Shown piece by piece: positions 57,490 through 64,000 of a DNA stretch of 64,000 bases (positions are counted from its first letter, which is position 1; every line of letters begins with the position of its first letter). The stretch is from assembly GCF_963921235.1 (NCBI RefSeq), contig NW_026948111.1, forward strand, positions 124,001-188,000, written 5' to 3'. The notes beneath the pieces were generated by a model that saw nothing but the letters and a program-made list of their open reading frames with translations, did no database searches and was not told where the DNA came from. The translations under genes were made by a program, and so were the position numbers. Source of the stretch: Mobula hypostoma (Eukaryota).

Positions 57490-58145
57490 AGGAGGAATAC
57501 TGAAAACCTGGCTGAGTGATGTCGTAACAACAACCTCTCACAATGTCAGCAAAAACAAGGAGTTCATTACTGACTTCAAGAGGAAGGAAACAGAGGTCCA
57601 TGAGCCAGTCCTCATTGGAGGATCAGAGGTGGATTCCGTCAAATTCCTCGGGGTTATTCTTTCAGAGGGTCTCTCCCGGGTCCAGCATATGTGCAATTAT
57701 GAAGAAAGCACAGGAGTGCCTCTACTTGACTGGGATTTTGTGAAGATTCAGCATGGATGTAAAACTCTGACAGACTCTATAGATGTGCAGTAGAATGTAC
57801 CTGACTAGCTGATACGGAAACACCAATGAAAAGCCTACAGAGAGTGGTGCACACACGCCAGTCCATCACAGGTAAAGTCCACCCCGCCATGGAGCACATT
57901 TGCAGGGAATGCTGTCACAGGAAAACAGATTCCAGCATCAGAGCCCGCCCACTATCCAGGCCATGCTCTTTTCTCGCCCCTGCCATTAGCAAGGAAGTAC
58001 TCGGGACCCACACCACCAGGTTCAGGAACAATTACCCCTCGACCATCAGGCTCCTAAATCAGTGGGGATAACGTGACTCACCCCTATCTCTGAAATGTTC
58101 CCAAATCTCACTCCCAACAACACTTCATCTCGTGTTCTCCACATT
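57490..58145 (+). mobile_element. Degraded Rex1/Babar-type LINE
   Basis: NVSKNKEFITDF and TTRFRNNYPSTIRLLN motifs; its 3' UTR appears to resume at ~59513. Confidence 0.65.
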
Positions 58146-58147
58146 TA

Positions 58148-59512
58148 TAGAAACACAGAAAACCTACAGCACAATACAGGCCCTTCCGCCCACAAAGCTG
58201 TGCTGAACATGTCCCTACCTTAGAAATTACATAGGGTTACCCACAGCCCTATATTTTTCTAAGCTCCATGTAGCCATCCAGGAGTCTCTTAAAAGACTCT
58301 ATCGTTTCCGCCTCCACCACCGCTGCCAACAGTCCATTCCACACACTCACCACTCTCTGCGTAAAAAACTTACCCCTGACATCTCCTCTGTACCTACTTC
58401 CAAGCACCTTAAAACTGTGCCCTCTTGTGGCAGCCATTTCAGCCCTGGAGAAAAGCCTCTGACTATCCACATGATCAATGCCTCTCATCATCTTATACAC
58501 CTCTATCAGGTCACCTCTCATCCTCCGTCGCTCCAAGAAGAAAAGGCTGAGTTCACGCAACCTGTTTTCATAAGGCATGCTCCCCAGTCCAGGCAACATC
58601 CTTGTAAATCTCCTCTACACGCTTTCTATGGCTTCCACATCCTTCCTGTAGGGACCAGAATTGAGCACAGTACTCCAAGTGGGGTCTGACCAGGGTCCTA
58701 TATAGCTGCAACATTACCTCTCGGCTCCTAAACTCAATCCCACGATTGATGAAGGCCAATACACCGTATGCCTTCTTAACCACAGAGTCAACCTGCACAG
58801 CAGCTTTGAGCGTCCTATGGACACAGACCCCAAGATCCCTCTGATCCTCCACACTGCCAAGAGTCTTACCATTAATACTATATTCTGCCATCATATTTGA
58901 CCTACCAAAATGAACCACTTCACTTATCTGGGTTGAACTCCCTCTGCCACTTCTCAGCCCAGTTTTACATCTTATCAATGTCCACTGTAACCTCTGACAT
59001 CCCTCCACACTATCCACAACACCCCCAACCTTTGTGTCATCAGCAAATTTACTAACCCATCCCTCCACTTCTTCATCCAGGTCATTTATAAAAATCACGA
59101 AGAGTAGGGGTCCCAGAACAGATCTCTGAGGCATTCCGCTGGTGACTGACCTCCATGCAGAATATGACCCGTCTGCAACCACTCTTTGCCTTCTGTGGGC
59201 AAGCCAGTTCTGGATCCACAAAGCAATGTCCCCTTGGATCCCATGCCTCCTTACTTTCTCAATAAGCCTTGCATGGGGTACCTTATCAAATGCCTTGCTG
59301 AAATCCATATACACTACATCTACTGCTCTTCCTTCATCAATGTGTTTAGTCACGTCCTCAAAAAATTCAATCAGGCTCGTAAGGCACGACCTGCCTTTGA
59401 CAAAGCCAATCTGACTATTCCTAATCATATTATACCTCTTCAAATGTTCATAAATCCTGCCTCTCAGGATCTTCTCCATCAACTTACCAACCACTGAAAT
59501 AAGACTCACTGG
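58148..59512 (-). mobile_element. CR1 LINE, 5'-truncated, same subfamily as 6835-8956
   Basis: 313-aa RT ORF nearly identical to ORFs 7590-8817; tail ATAGAAACACAGAAAACCTACAGC. Confidence 0.95.
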
Positions 59513-59597
59513 TGGTCTATTACTTATTTATTATTATTATTTTAGTTTTCTTTGTGTTCACGCTGATTGCCTGCAGGAAAATGAAACAGGACAGTAT

Positions 59598-60612
59598 ATG
59601 ATACCGCAAGGCTCGGTGCTGGTACCGCAGCTGTTTACAATATATATTAATGATTTAGATAAAGGGATTCAAAGTAACATTGGCAAATTTGCAGATGACA
59701 CAAAGCTGGGTGGCAGTGTGAAATGTGAGGAGGATGTTATGAGAATACAGGGTGACTTGGACAGGTTGGGTGAGTGGGCAGATGCATGGCAGATGCAGTT
59801 TAATGTGGATAAATGTGAGGTTATCCACTTTGGTGGCAAGAACAGGAAGGTAGATTACTACCTGAATGGTGTCAAGTGAGGAAAAGGGGAAGTACAATGA
59901 GATCTAGGTGTTCTTGTACATCAGTCACTGAAAGCAAGCATGCAAGTACAGCAGGCAGTGAAGAAAGCTAACGGCATGCTGGCCTTCATAACAAGGGGAA
60001 TTAAGTATAAGGGCAAAGAGGTCCTTCTGCAGCTGTACAGGGCCCTGATGAGACCACACCTGGAGTACTGTGTACAATTTTGGTCTCTAAATTTGATGAA
60101 GGACATTCTTGCTATTCAGGGAGTGCAGCGTAGGTTCACTGGGTTAATTCCAGGGATGGCGGGAATGCCAAATGTTTAAAGATTGGAGCGACTGGGCTTG
60201 TATACACTGGAATTTAGAAGGATGAGAGGGGATCTGATTGAAACATATAAGATTATTAAGGGATTGGACACGCTAGAGGCAGGAAACATGTTTCTGATGT
60301 TGGGGTAGTCCAGAACCAGAGGCCACAGTTTAATAATAAGAGGTAGACAATTTAGAACGGAGTTGAGGAAAAACTTTTTCACACAGAGGGTTGTAGTTCT
60401 GTGGAATGCTCTGCCTCAGAAGGCAGTGGAGGCCAATTCTCTGGATTCTTTCAAAAAAGAGTTAGATAGAGCTCTTAAAGATAGCGGAGTGAAGGGATAT
60501 GGGGAGAAAGCAGGAACTGGATACTGATTGTGGATGATCAGCCATGATCACAGTGAATGGTGGTGCTGGCTCGAAGGGCTAAATGGCCTACTCCTGCACC
60601 TATTGTCTATTG
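59598..60612 (+). mobile_element. CR1 LINE, 5'-truncated
   Basis: PQGSVL, FADD and C-terminus; tail CTATTGTCTATTG. Confidence 0.92.
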
Positions 60613-60890
60613 ACATATATGTACTTCGATAATACATTGACTTTGAACTTTGACACTTGTCTGGACTGAAGTGCATCTGCCATTGTTCAATCTCTGCTAA
60701 GGTACGTCCCACAGCCCCCATCTTCACTGTTATGTTGTCAACAAACTTACTTATCAGACTACTCACATTCTCATGCACAGCTCCATTCCCGACAGACCAG
60801 AGTCAGAAAAGCATGGCATCCCACAGCTAATCCCAGCTCCCACAGCCAAGCCAGTTCGTCAACACAACTCTGAATCAATGTAGTTTTATC

Positions 60891-61120
60891 TCACAGACCA
60901 CTACACTGCAGGACCCCGTCACGGACCACCCACACTGCGGGACCCCCTCACGGACCACCCACACTGCAGGACCCCCTCACGGACCACCCACACTGCGGGA
61001 CCCTCTCACGGACCACCCACACTGCCGGACCCCCTCATGGACCACCCACACTGCGGGACCCCCTCACGGACCACCCACACTGTGGGACCCCCTCACGGAC
61101 CACCCACACTGCGGGACCCT
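60891..61120. repeat. 29-bp minisatellite (CACGGACCACCCACACTGCGGGACCCCCT), ~8 copies
   Basis: Period 29 (60921, 60950 and onward). Confidence 0.93.
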
Positions 61121-61739
61121 GTCCAAAGCGTTATTCAAGGCCATATTTTAAAAAAAGTCTAATTATCACTTCCCCAGTGACCTCTTCGTCATGGAGGGAA
61201 GGAATGGGAAATAGAGAAGTGGTGGAGGGAACCAAACCAGAGTCAGAGCAGGCAAATGAAGGGAAAGACTGTTTCCACGCAGGGCGTGGTTGGTGTATGC
61301 AACACACACAAGAAATCCAAGTGTACAACACACAGGATCCAGAGCAAACTAATCAACATCATTCACTGGAAACAGGAGCAAACAGACAGCACTAGGCACT
61401 GGAAACAGGAGTGCACAATTCGAGCGTGGAATGCAGCATTCAGAGGAAGCTGGGTGGGAAGTTGTGTGGCTTTGTGGACTGGAATTGTTACGTTGTTCCT
61501 GACGATCTCTGAGTGAGCTGGGTGGGAGTAACCATGATACACAAAGAGTGAAACACTGCATTAATCAGCCGTGGGCATTAGGACCCTGCGGTGAAGCTGC
61601 ACACCGACACAGACAACCCAATCCTGCAGCAACCGCAGCAGCAGACACAGTCTCCATGCCAACGGAAAACCCGGATCACTGGTACCGACCGGACATGTCA
61701 GGCGGACGGAGCACCGGGACAGTGAGCTGCCGAAAGGCT

Positions 61740-63745
61740 GGGGGAGACAGGGAATGTCAGTGGGATGGGGGAGACAGGGAATGTCAGTGGGATGGGGGAG
61801 GACAGGGAATATCTGTAGGATGGGGGGTGGGCGACAGGGAATGCAGGTGGGATGGAGATGACAGGGAATGTCAGTGGGATGGAGATGACAGGGAAGGTCA
61901 GTGGGATGGGGAAGGAGACTGGCAATGTCAGTGGGATGGGGAGACAGGGAATGACAGTGGGATGGGGAGACAGGGAATGACAGTGGGATGGGGGAGACTG
62001 GGAATGTCAGTGGGATGGAGATGACAGGGAAGGTCAGTGGGATGGGGACGGAGACGGACAATGTCAGTGGAATGGGGAAGGAGACAATGTCAGTGGGATG
62101 GGGAGACAGGGAATGACAGTGGGATGGGGAGCGAGGGATGTCAGTGGGATGGAGATGACAGGGAATGACAGTGGGATGGGGGAGACGGAATGACAGTGGG
62201 ATGGGGGAGACAGGGAATGACAGTGGGATGGAGATGACAGGGAATGTGCGTGGGATGGAGATGACAGGGAATGTCAGTGGGATGGGGAGACACGGAAGGT
62301 CAGTGAATGGAGGGGTGGGCGACAGGGAATGTCAGTGGGATGGGGGGAGACAGGGAATGTCAGTGGGATGGGGGAGGACAGGGAATGTCAGTGGGATGGG
62401 GGAGGACAGGGAATGTCAGTGGGATGGGGGGAGACAGGGAATGTCAGTGGGATGGGGGGAGACAGGGAATGTCAGTGGGATGGGGGGAGAGACGGAAATG
62501 TCAGTGGGATGGGGGGAGAGACGGAAATGTCAGTGGGATGGGGAGGACAGGGAATATCTGTAGGATGGGGGGTGGGCGACAGGGAATGCAGGTGGGATGG
62601 AGATGACAGGGAATGTCAGTGGGATGGAGATGACAGGGAAGGTCAGTGGGATGGGGAAGGAGACTGGCAATGTCAGTGGGATGGGGAGACAGGGAATGAC
62701 AGTGGGATGGGGAGACAGGGAATGACAGTGGGATGGGGGAGACCGGGAATGTCAGTGGGATGGGGGAGACTGGGAATGTCAGTGGGATGGAGATGACAGG
62801 GAAGGTCAGTGGGATGGGGACGGAGACGGACAATGTCAGTGGAATGGGGAAGGAGACAATGTCAGTGGGATGGGGAGACAGGGAATGACAGTGGGATGGG
62901 GAGCGAGGGATGTCAGTGGGATGGAGATGACAGGGAATGACAGTGGGATGGGGGAGACGGAATGACAGTGGGATGGGGGAGACAGGGAATGACAGTGGTA
63001 TGGAGATGACAGGGAATGTGCGTGGGATGGAGATGACAGGGAATGTCAGTGGGATGGGGAGACACGGAAGGTCAGTGAATGGAGGGGTGGGCGACAGGGA
63101 ATGTCAGTGGGATTGGAGGAGACAGGGAAGGTCAGTGGGATGGAGATGACAGGGAATGTCAGTGGGATGGAGATGACAGGGAAGGTCAGTGGGATGGGGA
63201 AGGAGACGGGCTATGTCAGTGGGATGGGGAAGGAGACGGGCAATGTCAGTGGGATGGGGAGACAGGGAATGTCAGTGGGATGAGGAGACGGAATGACAGT
63301 GGGATGGGGAGGGAGTCAGCGATTGTCAGTGAGATGGGAGACGGGGAATGTCAGTGGGATGGGAGACCGGGAATGTCAGTGGGATGGGGGAAGGTAGGGA
63401 ATGACAGTGGGATGGGGGAAGGTGGGGAATGACAGTGGGATGGGGGAGACAGGGAACGAAAGTGGGATGGAGAAGGAGGGATGACAGTGGGATGGCAAGG
63501 GTGAGGGGGAATGTCGGTGGGGTAAGGAGGGAGATGGGGAATGTCGGTGGGATGGGGAGGGAGACGGGGAATGCCGCTGGGATGGGAAGGGAGAAGGGGA
63601 ATGCAGGTGGGATAGGGAGGGAGACGGGGAACGTGGGTGGGATGGGGTGGGAGACTGGGAAGGCGGGCGGGATGGGGAGGGAAACAGGGAACGTCAGTGG
63701 GATGGGGAGGGTGGGGGAATGTCAGTGCGATGGGGAGGCATAGGG
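61740..63745. repeat. G-rich ~26-30-bp minisatellite (GGGAGACAGGGAATGTCAGTGGGATGG) with an internal ~750-bp duplication
   Basis: Tandem units; the variant ATCTGTAGGATGGGGGGTGGGCGAC occurs at 61811 and 62556. Confidence 0.95.
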
Positions 63746-64000
63746 TGGGTTTCATAGAGACTGATGTTGGAAGGATGGTGAGGGAGGAATTGAGGTGACG
63801 GGATTGGGAGGGTTTGATAGAAACTGATGTCGGAAGGATGGTGAGGGAGGGATTGAGGTGACGGGTTTAAGAGGGTTTAATAGAGACTGATGTCGGAAGG
63901 ATGGTGAGGGAGAGATTGAGGTGACGGGTTTGGAGGGTTTCATAGAGACTGATGTCGGAGGATGGTGAGGGAGGGATTGAGGTGATGGGTTTGGGAGGGT
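63746..64000. repeat. ~63-bp tandem repeat running off the window end
   Basis: CTGATG at 63761, 63824, 63887 and 63949. Confidence 0.9.

Overview
Eukaryotic, repeat-dominated vertebrate DNA. The repeat families (CR1, Rex1/Babar, RTE, Penelope-like, V-SINE, Harbinger) suggest a cartilaginous fish, probably a ray; this is inferred from recognition, not from a search. The only confidently identified host gene is DCTN1 (dynactin p150Glued) on the minus strand: a 255-nt CAP-Gly exon at 1575-1321 with canonical splice sites. A candidate in-frame first exon (25531-25460) lies in a CpG-rich island about 24 kb upstream. That intron is packed with nested retroelements, a non-autonomous Harbinger element retaining the 3' ends of both genes, decayed Penelope-type hammerhead ribozyme motifs and several minisatellites. 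Immediately beyond the island is a ~28-kb, almost G-free CACAATCCATCACCCCACA satellite with multi-kb higher-order duplications; the 1300-aa ORFs in it are artefacts. The right end holds more LINE fragments, minisatellites and a possible unidentified terminal exon. I see no convincing new multi-gene system; the findings concern repeat architecture and possible regulatory effects on DCTN1.
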